A stretch of DNA of 63,187 nt, filler included, from Trichomonas gallinae (lineage: Eukaryota): NCBI GenBank assembly GCA_008369845.1. It is 3 parts of 3 records of this genome, joined end to end, with 100 filler letters (N's around TTAATTAATTAA, not from the genome) between each part and the next. Parts side by side here need not be neighbours in the genome. Positions count along the whole stretch, not along the records: positions 19,767 to 41,886 come from MRSU01000786.1; positions 41,987 to 63,187 come from MRSU01000798.1; 1 more part is not named here. One strand, 5' to 3'. The notes under the pieces are model-generated. The model saw only the letters and a program-made list of their open reading frames with translations. It was not told where the DNA came from and did no database searches. Of the stretch, positions 33,611-44,723 are shown in pieces. The stretch's first letter is position 1. Each line of letters begins with the position of its first letter. The position numbers and the translations under genes are program-made.

Positions 33611-34285
33611 CTCCAATCATATTGTTTATTAATATAAATCTTCACATATATTCAATTGACCAGAATTACTTTCTTTTTTTTCGTTTTAATCAGTCATTGT
33701 ACTTGCTGAATCCATTCATTCTATTTTTTTTTTCTTCTCATTCATAGAATTCTTAGGATAAAAAAATGATTTTGATTATCAATCTATATTTATTAAAGTT
33801 CTCCATACTTCTATAGTGAATTCTTAAGGTTTGAATTATCAAAATAAAGAAATAAATTGGGATTTCAGTAAAATCTGCACGCAAAAATTAGTTCATTGCA
33901 AAACCCAAGAATATATTAGTTTGACTTCCATCGGTAAAAATTAAATCGATGTTTCTATTCACAGAATGGGGAAATTTCCAATACATTAGTATATATTAAT
34001 ACAACATTTGATTCTAACGAATCTCATAATAATAATCACAAATGGTTACATTATAGTCCTGCAATATATATATATATTAATTCTGGTTTAACTTGAGTAG
34101 GCTATATAAAAGAATTTGTTTATTATTTAATTCAATCATACATTTCTATGGCATAAATATTACATTGATGGTAGAATCGGCAGAAAAGGACGAAATTTTC
34201 GAAAAAATCGAAATTATTCGAAAAATTGTTAAACAAGGCCATATGGTTCTCTCTGATTAGGTAGATGATGTCGTGTATCACCTTT

Positions 34286-34389
34286 TCTATAACAGTAGAG
34301 TAACGCGCAACTTAAAGTTGTTGAGATATAATCACTTTTTAACGTCCAAAGGACGAAATTTGACATTTTTAATAACGTACAAAACCGCG
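34286..34389. repeat. Dispersed non-coding repeat, copy 1
   Basis: 41 nt (34307-34347, GCAACTTAAAGTTGTTGAGATATAATCACTTTTTAACGTCC) are identical to 41364-41404. Shared ends TCTATAACARTAGAG ... TACAAAACCGCG. Confidence 0.85.
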
Positions 34390-34583
34390 CTTCACAATTT
34401 TTTGATGAATATTCATTTCAATTTTAGAAGGGATGAAGATTGAATTGAGTGACTCACATTGAATTATTCTATGAGTGTTATCAATTGTTTTGTAAAATCA
34501 ATATTTGAATTTCAGCATACATTAAGCAAGATAATAAATGTCAAAATTTTGACTGAAAATTTGAATAATTTACAAATACTTTT

Positions 34584-35633
34584 ATGAATTGGCCTCAGTT
34601 ACATATTTTTTTTGTAATATTTGCTGAAGCCGGGCTATTTATATATCTCACTGAATGTTTTTATAGCATGCATATGAGGAAAGATGTATTTTTCTCTCCG
34701 TTTTCATTTAATCAGTTCTTCGATATAAACTATACTTTCGATCCAAACAAATCTCTAGATTGCCCACCATGCAATTTTAAACCAACGAACTATAACGCAG
34801 ATAGCACGCCTAATGACGTAATTTTTGGGTATATCTCTAAAAATGTTTCAAACCTTCTTCCATTTCTTAGAACACTACGATCTACAGGGTCTAAATGCTC
34901 AACAGTATTCTTTATCGACGATGAAGCTCTTTCTAAAATTGGTCCAAAAGAAATGTCTTATATCGAACGCTGTGGGGCACAATTTGTAAATATACATAGG
35001 AAATACGTAACGGGAGAATATGCTATATTTTCTGAAATCTATTTGCACATTTACAACTTTTTATACAGAAACAGACACAAAATAAACCGAGTGATAAAAA
35101 TAGATATGTATGACGCATTATTCCAAGGCGACCCATTCAATGAATTTCTTCCAAAGAATGCGCTGCATCTTGTTCCTGAAACTGGGCTTCAAAGACACAC
35201 AAAGAATGAGTATGTTTTAGCATGTGGTATAAAGATTTATTCGAAATATTATATGGTTTGCGCTGGCTATTTTGGAGGGGATGTTGAATCTGTTTACAGA
35301 TACGCGATGTTCTATGTTAAAGAATGGAAAGAAGGAAATAATGATCAAGGTTGCATGAATGGTTGGATGATGAGTGGACAATTGGAGAAATACGGAATCA
35401 AAGTCAACAACTCTAAAGAGTCAAACATTCTTCACATGTATTGGTTTGGGCGTGATAATAAAGAATTCGGTGACATTCGCGAAAGATATCGAAAAGATAA
35501 AGTTGCTTCCATCATTCATCACACGCATTTCTTCAAGCATGTTTTAGACAGCGTTGAGGATAAATATTGTCCGCCACCATATCCAGACTTTCCGAATTAC
35601 ATTTCACAGTTTAGATTTAATAGAGATTTATAA
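34584..35633 (+). CDS. Type II membrane putative glycosyltransferase (GT-A-like)
   Basis: N-terminal TM anchor, PFLRTLRSTG.KC, IDMYDALFQGDPF, CAGYFGG, DQG.MN and a terminal IIHH motif. Confidence 0.6.
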   Translation: MNWPQLHIFFVIFAEAGLFIYLTECFYSMHMRKDVFFSPFSFNQFFDINYTFDPNKSLDCPPCNFKPTNYNADSTPNDVIFGYISKNVSNLLPFLRTLRSTGSKCSTVFFIDDEALSKIGPKEMSYIERCGAQFVNIHRKYVTGEYAIFSEIYLHIYNFLYRNRHKINRVIKIDMYDALFQGDPFNEFLPKNALHLVPETGLQRHTKNEYVLACGIKIYSKYYMVCAGYFGGDVESVYRYAMFYVKEWKEGNNDQGCMNGWMMSGQLEKYGIKVNNSKESNILHMYWFGRDNKEFGDIRERYRKDKVASIIHHTHFFKHVLDSVEDKYCPPPYPDFPNYISQFRFNRDL

Positions 35634-35743
35634 TATTTGTTATTTTTTTTTGTTATTATAAAAACAATACAATACAGACTACTTCTTAAAATTGACATTA
35701 ATGATCACATATTAATGTTCTTTAAAAAAAATCATCAATTTTT

Positions 35744-37148
35744 TTATGAAAATGAAGGATGAGCACCAGAAGGATATTGTTTAGTTAATTCTTGAAGAAT
35801 TGATTTTAAAGGATCTTGTTGCTGATTATAGCTATGACCTCTACTTTTATTCGAAAAGTCTTTATTCTTATTATTGTAATTCTGTTTTCTGTTTGATCTT
35901 TGTTTAGACCCATTTGGTTTTTGCTCAGATCCGGATGTGTTTTGAGAAGAACTGCTCCATTTATGATAATTTCTGTTTTGTTTTCGATCAGATGCTGACT
36001 TTCCTTGATCATTATTGTGTCTTGGTTTATAGCTCGGCTTAAAGTTCATTTTCGTTTCCTGTACAGATTTGTTTTGCTGTGCTTGTTTATTTATTTCAGT
36101 TTTGTTATCATTTATTTCTTGTTTAAGTGGCTCAATTTGCTTCTTAACTGTGATAATTTCTGCTTTATTATTTTCTATTTCTTTTTTTAGTTCAGCATTT
36201 TGCTTCTTTAGATTTTCCCTCGATTTAGTGATACTATCATTTGTTATTGCTAGTTTTTCATTCTGATTTTTCATATCCTTAAGCTCATTTTTGATTTTAT
36301 GCTTTTTCTCTTTAATTTGATTAACTTGGTTTTTCAAATCTGCTATTTGTTGTTTATCCAATTTAGATTTCATTAATGAATCATTATCTCGTTTTTCAAT
36401 TTTAAGTTCGTCTGCTTTCGGTGATTCTTTGTTTTGCAACTTTAATAACTCTGCTTTTAATGATTCATTTTCTCGCATCTTGATTGATTCATTCTCTTTT
36501 GCTTTAACCGTCTCTAATTGCAAGACTTCAATCTCGCGTTTTAATATAGATATTTATGTTGTCAAATTTTCTATTTCATTTTTTGTTGATTCCGATTTTT
36601 CATTATTATTTGATGAATTTGAGTTTTCGATATTTGGTGTATTTGATCTCAGTGAGTCAATTTCTCTTTGTAATTTTTCATTTTTATCTATTTCACAAAT
36701 TAGCAATCCTTGAATTTTTTTCTGCTTCTGCGACTTTTTCGTATGATTGATCACACATCTCAAGATATGTGCTTAGCTTAGTATTAAGAGTCAAAATATT
36801 ACTGGAGAGTATATCCGATATAGCTGTGACGAAATCTACTTCGATGTTTTTGCCGAATATTCTCAATAAATCAAATATTTCTGAAGTCTCCAGACTTCCA
36901 GAATCGTTGAAATCAATTTCCATGCTCTTTAGGATGACAAGTCATTGACTGACTTGTTTATACTCGGTTTTAATCTGTTGAATAGCTTGAATCGCGTCAT
37001 AGATATTGATTTTGACAAATTTAAATGTTTCTATAATTTGCATCTTATCTAGTACTTTCGTGAGTGTTTTATTCATAACCAACTCTGGAACAAGCTTCGA
37101 TTTTGCTTCTGGATCAATTTTTTCATTAGATATCAAAACTGATGACAT
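35744..37148 (-). pseudogene. Disrupted gene: Trichomonas-type N-terminal helical domain plus coiled coil
   Basis: Four track ORFs join into one protein via an in-frame TGA (36942-36944), a +1 frameshift in an A7 run (36715-36721) and an in-frame TAA (36554-36556). LLRIFGKNIEVDFVTAISDILS resembles ILQTISRILKIPLLFSISDAIS in the 25208 protein. Confidence 0.8.
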
Positions 37149-38250
37149 TTTTTCATCAGGATAAGAAAATTTTTAATGACAATAAACACGTGTTTTATTA
37201 TTATATCAGGAATATGAACCAGAATCAACAATAAAAGAAACAAATTATTTTTTCAATCTTATTTTTCTAGAAATAAGGCATATACGTTAAAAACAACAAC
37301 TAAAAAGACAATTAGAAGCTATTCCTAGTCTTATATACTATTCTTCTTATATATCAAATTGATTCATAGCATTTTTGAAAGAAACAAATGCATAATTATT
37401 TATAAATGCATAGGAATGGACTATATACCGCAATTTTAAGGCAAATACCACATGTAATTTCAATTTTATTATATTCAACAGATTTGGACTAGATATCATG
37501 ATGCATTTGATTGCGATATGTGTGCTTTATTAGATTTTATATTCCTTTTCACTATTGTCGATATGCATTGTGTAATCTTATTTCCATTGTTCAAATCTTA
37601 TCGACCATAACTTGTTTTAAGCTTATGATAAGTTAATGATAGTAGTATTTATGACGATTTTATCGAAATAAGTATGAATGACACAGATAATCTTATTTTT
37701 TTTGTCATAATGAATTACAGTTATTTCAAACAGAGATTTAGATCAATATCGCATGGATGGACAATATTTACATAGTCATTATCTTATTTTCCTAATTTTG
37801 GTTTAATTTAAGATTATTTATGGACTGTGAAACATATATATGAGATGATTTCCTCACAGGTGTGGCATATTGGCAATGCATAACGCACAGCCCACAACAA
37901 TGAGCTCCATTGCAAAAACTTGTGAGATTTCACTGTCAATAATCCAAAATCATTTATTTCTTGAAACGTGGACATCCTTTTTTGATGCAATATTTGATAC
38001 TGAACGTGCCAATAATCAATAAATGCTAAATTTCGCAAGAAATTTCGATAAATATTATCTTTTGAGAAAAAATAATTTTTGGAAAACATACAATGTAAGG
38101 AGCTGATTAATAAATTAATATTTTTGAGTCGTTCGATGAAAATTTTGAAATTGAGAAACAAAAAAATTAATGGCAATCGAAATTATATTTGGTAGATGAT
38201 TTGGAACATACAATAGATGTAGTTTCTGCTATTTTTATTCGTTTTTTCTG

Positions 38251-38379
38251 GTAAAAATTTTCGATCAAAATAATATTTCTCTAATGCATGTTTTTATGGA
38301 ATGTAACCCAGATATACATAATCACCATGATAAAGGATATACACCTATAATGGTTAGCAGCCTCAGGAAGCTAAGTTAG
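38251..38379 (+). pseudogene. Degenerate ankyrin-repeat relic
   Basis: VKIFDQNNISLMHVFMECNPDIHNHHDKGYTPIMVSS* fits the ankyrin pattern NN....L.E...DI.....GxTPxMxA; no intact ORF around it. Confidence 0.4.
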
Positions 38380-39213
38380 ATTTAAAACAACTTTTGAAAT
38401 GGTTCAGAAACTGTTGTTTCTCCAAGAAAAATATAAAATCCTTATTTTATACATGCGAAAAGCAAACAAGTTTAACACAGGCCAGGATGTTAACGTGTAG
38501 AAGCAATTTCCACAGAATCTTTTTGGAAATCTAAAAGTTGTAATTTAATTCTTTTTTGAAGAATTGAGAGAGTTATTTGGAATAAAATAGTCCAGGTGCA
38601 TGCATGCTCTTGGATAAGATTTTCAGCAATTCCTATGATGGGTACGGTACGAGTTAGTCGTTTTGACAAAACCAAGGATATTAGAGAAATACAGCTTAGA
38701 CTTTATAAAACATATTTAGATGGTTTTTAACCCCAAGATAAACAGTTTACAAAAATTACGGTATTTCAGAAACATGAGCTTATAGTTTCATCTAAGTTGC
38801 ATTTTGTATTTCTTCCCCTACATCTGACAGAGGAGGTGTTAGTTCTCTGCGTTTGAAGTTATTTGCAATACTATAAATAATTCTCTCAGAAAGAAATTGA
38901 AAACTTCATGATGGGTTACAAACCTTCATTCAGTTCATACATATTAATTACCTCTTCCAACAAGGAAAAGAAACATTTGTAATATTCCTTAAATTTATAC
39001 TCTCACAATTTTGTAAATATTGCGGAATTTATCGGTCTGACACACATAAAACGAATATTAAAGTAAAAAGTGTATACAAGGGAATTACGTGGAAATGAAA
39101 AAAGTTCAATAAATTGAGAGATTTGATCAGAATTCAATGTGTAGATCGTGCAGCACTGAATTTTTTTGTGAGAAATTAGTATGGTATAGGAAGACTTCAT
39201 TTTTCATCAAAAC

Positions 39214-40470
39214 ATGATGAGCCAAGAGGATCCCAAGACACTCCGCGATATCGAAGCCGATGTCGAGAAGAAGGACTCGGAAGAGGATTCCGCCAGATCA
39301 TTGGACGAGAAGTCAGATTCAAAGAAGTCAGGAGAAGGCGAACTTAAGGTCGGTTTAGGCATTGAGTTGTTCTTTTTCTTCATTGGTACAAATATCCTTT
39401 TCAGCTACAACACATTCCTCAACGGCGCTGACTACTACCAGCAGTTATTCCCAGAAAGAGACATTGGTATGGAACTTACACGAGTTTTAGTCATTTCCTC
39501 AGAACTTTGCAACTTATTCTCACTTCCGTTCATTGAAAGATTCACACTCAAGCAAAGATTATACGTTTCCATGACAATGATGGCTATTATTCAGCTTATT
39601 GTTTACCTCTACGTCAACATCTCCACACCAAAGTACTACGTCGTCTACATCCTTGCCTTCTTCACATCCATGGCCCAATCAGTCATGTTCGGTTCTTCAA
39701 TGGGTTTCTCTGGTCTCTTCGGTGAAAAGACATCCGCTATGGCTAACACTGGTGTTGCCCTCGGCGGTTTAATCACATCCATACTCAGAATGATCTCCAA
39801 GTTCATCCTCAAGGGCAAGTCTCAGGGCTGGTTTTACCTCGCTTTCTCTGTTATCATGAACACATCCGCTGCCATTGGCTTCCACTTGTTCAACCAGACA
39901 GAAATCTGCAAGGAGAGAATCAAACTCGCTCAGACATCCAACGATTTCTTGTTCAGAATCAGAAGAATCAAGAACGTCTTCCTCAAGATCTGGGTCATTG
40001 TCATCGTTGCCCTCATGAACATGGCTATCACACTCTGCTTCTTCCCAGGTTACGCTTTCTATGTCGGCGACAACCACAAGCTCGGCGACTGGTACATGAC
40101 AATCATCCTCTTCAGCTTCATGATTGGCGACTTCGTTGGTAGATTCATCGCAAGATGGATTTCATGGCCATCAGCTAAGTACGTTTGGGTTCCACACGTC
40201 TGCAGACTTTCTTTCATCCTCCTCTACGTCTTGCCAATCGAGAACGTTATCCCAGCTCTCAAGGATGATATCTTTATCGACATTGTCACATTCTTCCTTG
40301 CCCTCACAGGCGGCTACTTCGGTGGTCTTTGCATCACTTACACAGCCACATGCGAGAAGTTCGAAAAGGAGGAAATCGATCTTGGCGTCTTCACAACAGT
40401 CGTTGCTACAAACTTGGGCGTCTTGACAGGTGTTTGCCTCACATTCCTCACAGCCTTACACAAACAGTAA
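39214..40470 (+). CDS. Equilibrative nucleoside transporter (ENT/SLC29)
   Basis: About 11 TM helices. FFFIGTNILFSYNTFLNGADYY, ITLCFFPG, GDFVGR and LALTGGY are ENT signatures. Confidence 0.92.
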   Translation: MMSQEDPKTLRDIEADVEKKDSEEDSARSLDEKSDSKKSGEGELKVGLGIELFFFFIGTNILFSYNTFLNGADYYQQLFPERDIGMELTRVLVISSELCNLFSLPFIERFTLKQRLYVSMTMMAIIQLIVYLYVNISTPKYYVVYILAFFTSMAQSVMFGSSMGFSGLFGEKTSAMANTGVALGGLITSILRMISKFILKGKSQGWFYLAFSVIMNTSAAIGFHLFNQTEICKERIKLAQTSNDFLFRIRRIKNVFLKIWVIVIVALMNMAITLCFFPGYAFYVGDNHKLGDWYMTIILFSFMIGDFVGRFIARWISWPSAKYVWVPHVCRLSFILLYVLPIENVIPALKDDIFIDIVTFFLALTGGYFGGLCITYTATCEKFEKEEIDLGVFTTVVATNLGVLTGVCLTFLTALHKQ

Positions 40471-41131
40471 GATTTTATATAATCTCGTATTGTAATAATC
40501 TCAAGTATATATAAACATTAAATTTCGATCGAAAATTCCAACTTTTTCAAACAATTAAAAAAAGATCAGCTTAAAATGAACCAAAACAACAAAAATACTA
40601 CATATTTGTTGATGATGAAGCACATATAAGTGACGGTAGCTTTTGTTGTTGATGTTGTAATGGTTTCTTGCGATTGAATCCGTTCTTTCTCAATTTTTGC
40701 CATAGAACGAACATAACAATGGCCTCCATTGGGGTATTGCGTGTGGTACAGGAGGGGAGGAAATGGTAGAGCAGGAAGAGATACGAATAAAACCAAAATT
40801 CGATTATCTATCCGAACTAATTTAAGGAAATATTGGAGTTTTTCTCAGAAAATATATAGATAACATGTAGCTGATATATAATCAATAGTCCAAATTGCTC
40901 TGTTATGAATAGAAAAATAAATTTCAAAAATTGAATGGTTATTAATTTTGACATGTAAATCATTCAATTTTGTTAAGGTTGATCATTACATGAGGTTACA
41001 ACACACAGTCAATATTATGGCTTTTTGCTTTGTCTATTTTCATTTACTGTGTCATAGGCGTTGTTTCATCAAAGAGTTACAGTTACAGGAAAATTCATCC
41101 GAAATGTAAAGAATTTTATTATGTTGTAAAC

Positions 41132-41250
41132 AATATTTTCTGTCATGTAAATTATATTTATTATCAGAAATAGTATTACAATTGATAGACAGAATATTTT
41201 TTTGTCATGTAAATAATTTTTATTGTCAGAAATAGTATTACTATTGATAT
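41132..41250. repeat. Tandem duplication of a ~60-bp unit containing TGTCATGTAAA
   Basis: AATATTTT.TGTCATGTAAA....TTTATTRTCAGAAATAGTATTAC.ATTGATA occurs twice; motif starts at 41141 and 41203. Confidence 0.8.
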
Positions 41251-41345
41251 TACAACTCATATCAGCACTACAACAGATTTAATGAAGAAGTCACTGATTT
41301 TCACATCATTATATCTTGACAAATAAAAGATATGGATAAGCATAG

Positions 41346-41492
41346 TCTATAACAATAGAGCGAGCAACTTAAAGTTGTTGAGATATAATCACTTTTTAAC
41401 GTCCGAGGACGAAATTTCGTTTTTTAATAAAATTTCGTTTTTTAACGTCCGAGGACGAAATTTTGCGTTTTTTAATAAAATACAAAACCGCG
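41346..41492. repeat. Dispersed non-coding repeat, copy 2 (with internal duplication)
   Basis: Homologous to 34286-34389. TTTTTAACGTCCGAGGACGAAATTT occurs twice within this copy. Confidence 0.85.
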
Positions 41493-41886
41493 TCCTACCT
41501 TTGATATCATTAGCACTCACTTTTTTGATATAATCAGATTTTATTTCAATATCTTTATTAATATTGCATTTTCAATATATTGCTATTCGAATATATTATA
41601 TTTACAATGCAATATTTCTATAGTATATGTCTATTATATTCAATGGTTATTATATAAATTCAAAAATAAATATAATATTGTTTTATCGCATAACAATGAA
41701 TTATAAGTGTTTCAGCGCATTATTTGAGATATATCGAAGTGCTCATAAGATATCTACAAGTACAAAACATGAATACAACAAAATATTATGATAAACACGA
41801 GTGAGTGGCAGAGTTTGTAAAGCAAAGTAGCAATAGCTATTAAATCCTTTTAAATTATATTTAAATGGCTGCTGACCAAAATTAAT

Positions 41887-41986
41887 NNNNNNNNNNNNNN
41901 NNNNNNNNNNNNNNNNNNNNNNNNNNNNNNTTAATTAATTAANNNNNNNNNNNNNNNNNNNNNNNNNNNNNNNNNNNNNNNNNNNN
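41887..41986. other. Artificial contig linker (44 N + TTAATTAATTAA + 44 N)
   Basis: Same 100-nt structure as the linker at 19667. Confidence 0.97.
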
Positions 41987-42478
41987 ATAAGATTTTAACG
42001 TCATTTCTATCGTCGTTTCTACACCTCTATATATTTGACAACCCTTATTTACGTGTCAAAAATCGTATTTCATTCATAAATAAATTCTTAGCTTTATTCA
42101 TGAGTTTCTTTGGGGTAGTACCTAAAATTAATAAGTACCGAATGGTGGTCCAATTTTGGTACACTTATAGGACCTTTCATTTCAAACCTGAATTTGAAAT
42201 TTGGTTTATCAATTTTGGTAAATAATAGTTCAATATTTCCACACGCTACAACTATAATGTTTCATATTGTGTTTGTATAAAAATAATGTGTGAATTAATA
42301 AAAGAAAAAAACAAATTGATTTTATATGAAATGAAATGAAAAGGTATGAAGCAAAGGTAAAGATGAAATTCATTACAAATTTGAGCATCTTATGGATCTA
42401 ATCAAGACAATTGGGAAACAGAATTTGATATTAAAGATGAATTGGTTGATAGGATGTAGTATAGCGCGTGAAATGATT

Positions 42479-42883
42479 TCAATCATATGATTCCTCGTAT
42501 TCATCTAATTCTAGTTCTTCAAATAAAAATTCAACATTTGAAGTTAAAAATGATGCAAGTTCTGGGTCATATTTTGTTAGTTCTGATATGAATGAATGCA
42601 TTCCTTCTTCAGTCTGGACGTAATTTCTTAAATGATTTTTCCAGCCATTAACAAGAAAATCATTTGATGGTTCTTCTTCGTACTCTGGCTCTATCTCAGA
42701 CTCTACAACTGGTGTTGGGTCTTTAAGTTTTGCAATTGTAGGAAGATTACCACTTAATAACAAGCAAATCGCGTTTTGAAGATCACCTTTCGAGAATTCT
42801 AACGCAATAATAGAAGAATCTTTCTCAAATCCCATTGATAACAACTCGTCTAAATCTGATTGCTTGTATAATAAATCACTCAT
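42479..42883 (-). CDS. UBA-domain protein (Rad23-like UBA plus STI1/XPC-binding-like tail)
   Basis: LDELLSMGFEKDSSIIALEFSKGDLQNAICLLL is a UBA domain. C-terminal FISELTKYDPELASFLTSNVEFL. Confidence 0.8.
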   Translation of the reverse strand: MSDLLYKQSDLDELLSMGFEKDSSIIALEFSKGDLQNAICLLLSGNLPTIAKLKDPTPVVESEIEPEYEEEPSNDFLVNGWKNHLRNYVQTEEGMHSFISELTKYDPELASFLTSNVEFLFEELELDEYEESYD

Positions 42884-43079
42884 TTATTTTGTCACTTTTG
42901 TAAAATTTTGTCAATTTACATAATATTTTGACAGTTTACAAAAATATTTTGAGAAAATTTACGATTATTTTCTATTCAATATATTTTGATTTTTGACATT
43001 TTACAAAATATTTTGACAATTTACAAACAGATGTCATTTTAATGACGATTATTTTCAACACAAAAAAAAGCGCCAAAAA
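42884..43079. promoter_or_regulatory. Compact bidirectional promoter between divergent UBA and 14-3-3 genes
   Basis: 196 nt between the two ATGs. GTCACTTT at 42891, three TTTTGACAnTTTACA units, and ACGATTATTTTC twice. Confidence 0.6.
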
Positions 43080-43805
43080 ATGAACGACGAAAGAAAGCAA
43101 TGCATTTTCTTGGCAAATACATTAGGACAATGCGAAAGATACGCTGAAATGATATCGTACATGAAGCGTGCAATTGATTTAAATCCGATTTTAACATATG
43201 AAGAAAGAAATATCCTAGTTAATGGATATAAATCATCAATTTCACCAAAAAGACAAGGATTAAGGAATATATTCCAAAGAGAAATGAACGATGGTATGAA
43301 AGATTTGTCCGAAGAAACACAGAATGAAATTAAAGCAATCAAAAAACAAATTACGGCAGAACTTGTTCAACAGTGCGAAGAAATAATCGACTTAATTAAT
43401 GACAAATTAATACCGTCAAATACAGATCCAGAAGCTATTGTTTCATTTAACAAATTAAAAGGTGATTATTATCGTTATATATGCGAAGCTACAGAAGGCA
43501 ACGAACGCTTAGTTGCCACAAAGAGAGGTACAGAATCCTATGAGTCTGCCCTTCAAACTTCGAAGTTTTCTCTTCAGCAATTCACACCAACAGCATTAGG
43601 CTTAATTCTCAACTATACAGTATTTCTATATGAGATATGTGATAAGAAAGACTTAGCAATTAGAATGGCGCGTGAAATGGTTAACCTAACATCACCGCTT
43701 TTAGAACAGAACAGTGCTAGATCTATCCAAGAAGCCAGGACAATCCTTGATTTGCTGAATAACAATATTAACCTCTGGCAACAGCAGATGCAGTACAGGA
43801 AATAG
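43080..43805 (+). CDS. 14-3-3 protein (divergent)
   Basis: QCERYAEM, EERNIL..GYK.....KR, KGDYYRY, LGLILNY.VFLYE, ILDLLNNNINLW. The phosphopeptide-binding K/R/R/Y residues are retained. Confidence 0.93.
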   Translation: MNDERKQCIFLANTLGQCERYAEMISYMKRAIDLNPILTYEERNILVNGYKSSISPKRQGLRNIFQREMNDGMKDLSEETQNEIKAIKKQITAELVQQCEEIIDLINDKLIPSNTDPEAIVSFNKLKGDYYRYICEATEGNERLVATKRGTESYESALQTSKFSLQQFTPTALGLILNYTVFLYEICDKKDLAIRMAREMVNLTSPLLEQNSARSIQEARTILDLLNNNINLWQQQMQYRK

Positions 43806-44177
43806 ATTATTTGATATTTGTTTTACCATTTTATTATTTATAAACTATATTTATTCTTTATTGGCTAAACTGATGAATATTTTAGTCTGTGTTGGTAAAA
43901 ATTCGAGAATAAATTATTATGTTTAAATTGTCCATTTTCTTTGAAGATTCTGAGCCTATTGGAGGGTATAAATTGGAATTTAGAAGAAATAATTGATAAA
44001 AAAGAAATGTTTGAGAAGCGAAATTTATCGATTTTGGCGATGAGACATGGATGTTATGGATATCGCTTGGTGTAGCTTTAAATATATCAATGCGAATAAA
44101 ATAAAAAAATTAATTAATATTGGTTTTGTTTAATCAAAAATAGTAGAAATCAAGTCTGAGGAAGAATCATAAACTGC

Positions 44178-44723
44178 TTAGAAGTGCTGATTGATCTGAT
44201 CGCCGAGCCAGTCGAGACCTTCGTAGAGGCCATCGCCTGTTGTGGCGCAGCAGCCCTGAACCTGCCATGGGCGGTTTGTGATTGTGTTGAGGCGGAGTCT
44301 GTTTCCGAGTTCCTGTGGCTTGACAGCGTTTGGAAGATCCTGTTTGTTGGCATAAACAAGGAGGATGGCATCACGGAGCTCGTCTTCCTCGAGAAGCTTG
44401 TGGAGCTCATCGCGGGCTTCGTCGATACGGCCAACGTCGTTAGAGTCGACAACGAAGATGAGGCCCTGTGTGTTATGGAAGTAGTGGCGCCAAAGAGCAC
44501 GGATTCTGTCCTGGCCACCGACATCCCAAACGTTCATGTTGAATCCCTTGTATTCGATAGTTTCAACGTTGAAACCGATAGTTGGGATTGTTGTGACGTG
44601 TTCACCGAGTTTTAACTTATAAAGGACTGTTGTCTTACCAGCAGCATCGAGACCGAGCATGAGGATACGTGTCTCTCTGTTGCCGAACCACTTCTTGAAG
44701 ATTTGTCCAAACTGAGCGCCCAT
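44178..44723 (-). CDS. ARF1: ADP-ribosylation factor (Arf1-type small GTPase)
   Basis: Gly2 myristoylation site, [30 protein letters not shown]. Confidence 0.96.
   Translation of the reverse strand: MGAQFGQIFKKWFGNRETRILMLGLDAAGKTTVLYKLKLGEHVTTIPTIGFNVETIEYKGFNMNVWDVGGQDRIRALWRHYFHNTQGLIFVVDSNDVGRIDEARDELHKLLEEDELRDAILLVYANKQDLPNAVKPQELGNRLRLNTITNRPWQVQGCCATTGDGLYEGLDWLGDQINQHF

Noticed and set aside
35744..37148. Stop-codon reassignment or readthrough explaining the in-frame TGA and TAA
   Set aside because: TAA, TAG and TGA all end conserved genes in this window, and the same locus also has a frameshift.
41395..41462. Hammerhead ribozyme (GTCCGAGGACGAAA resembles stem II plus GAAA)
   Set aside because: The required CUGANGA core is absent 5' of the stem in every copy.
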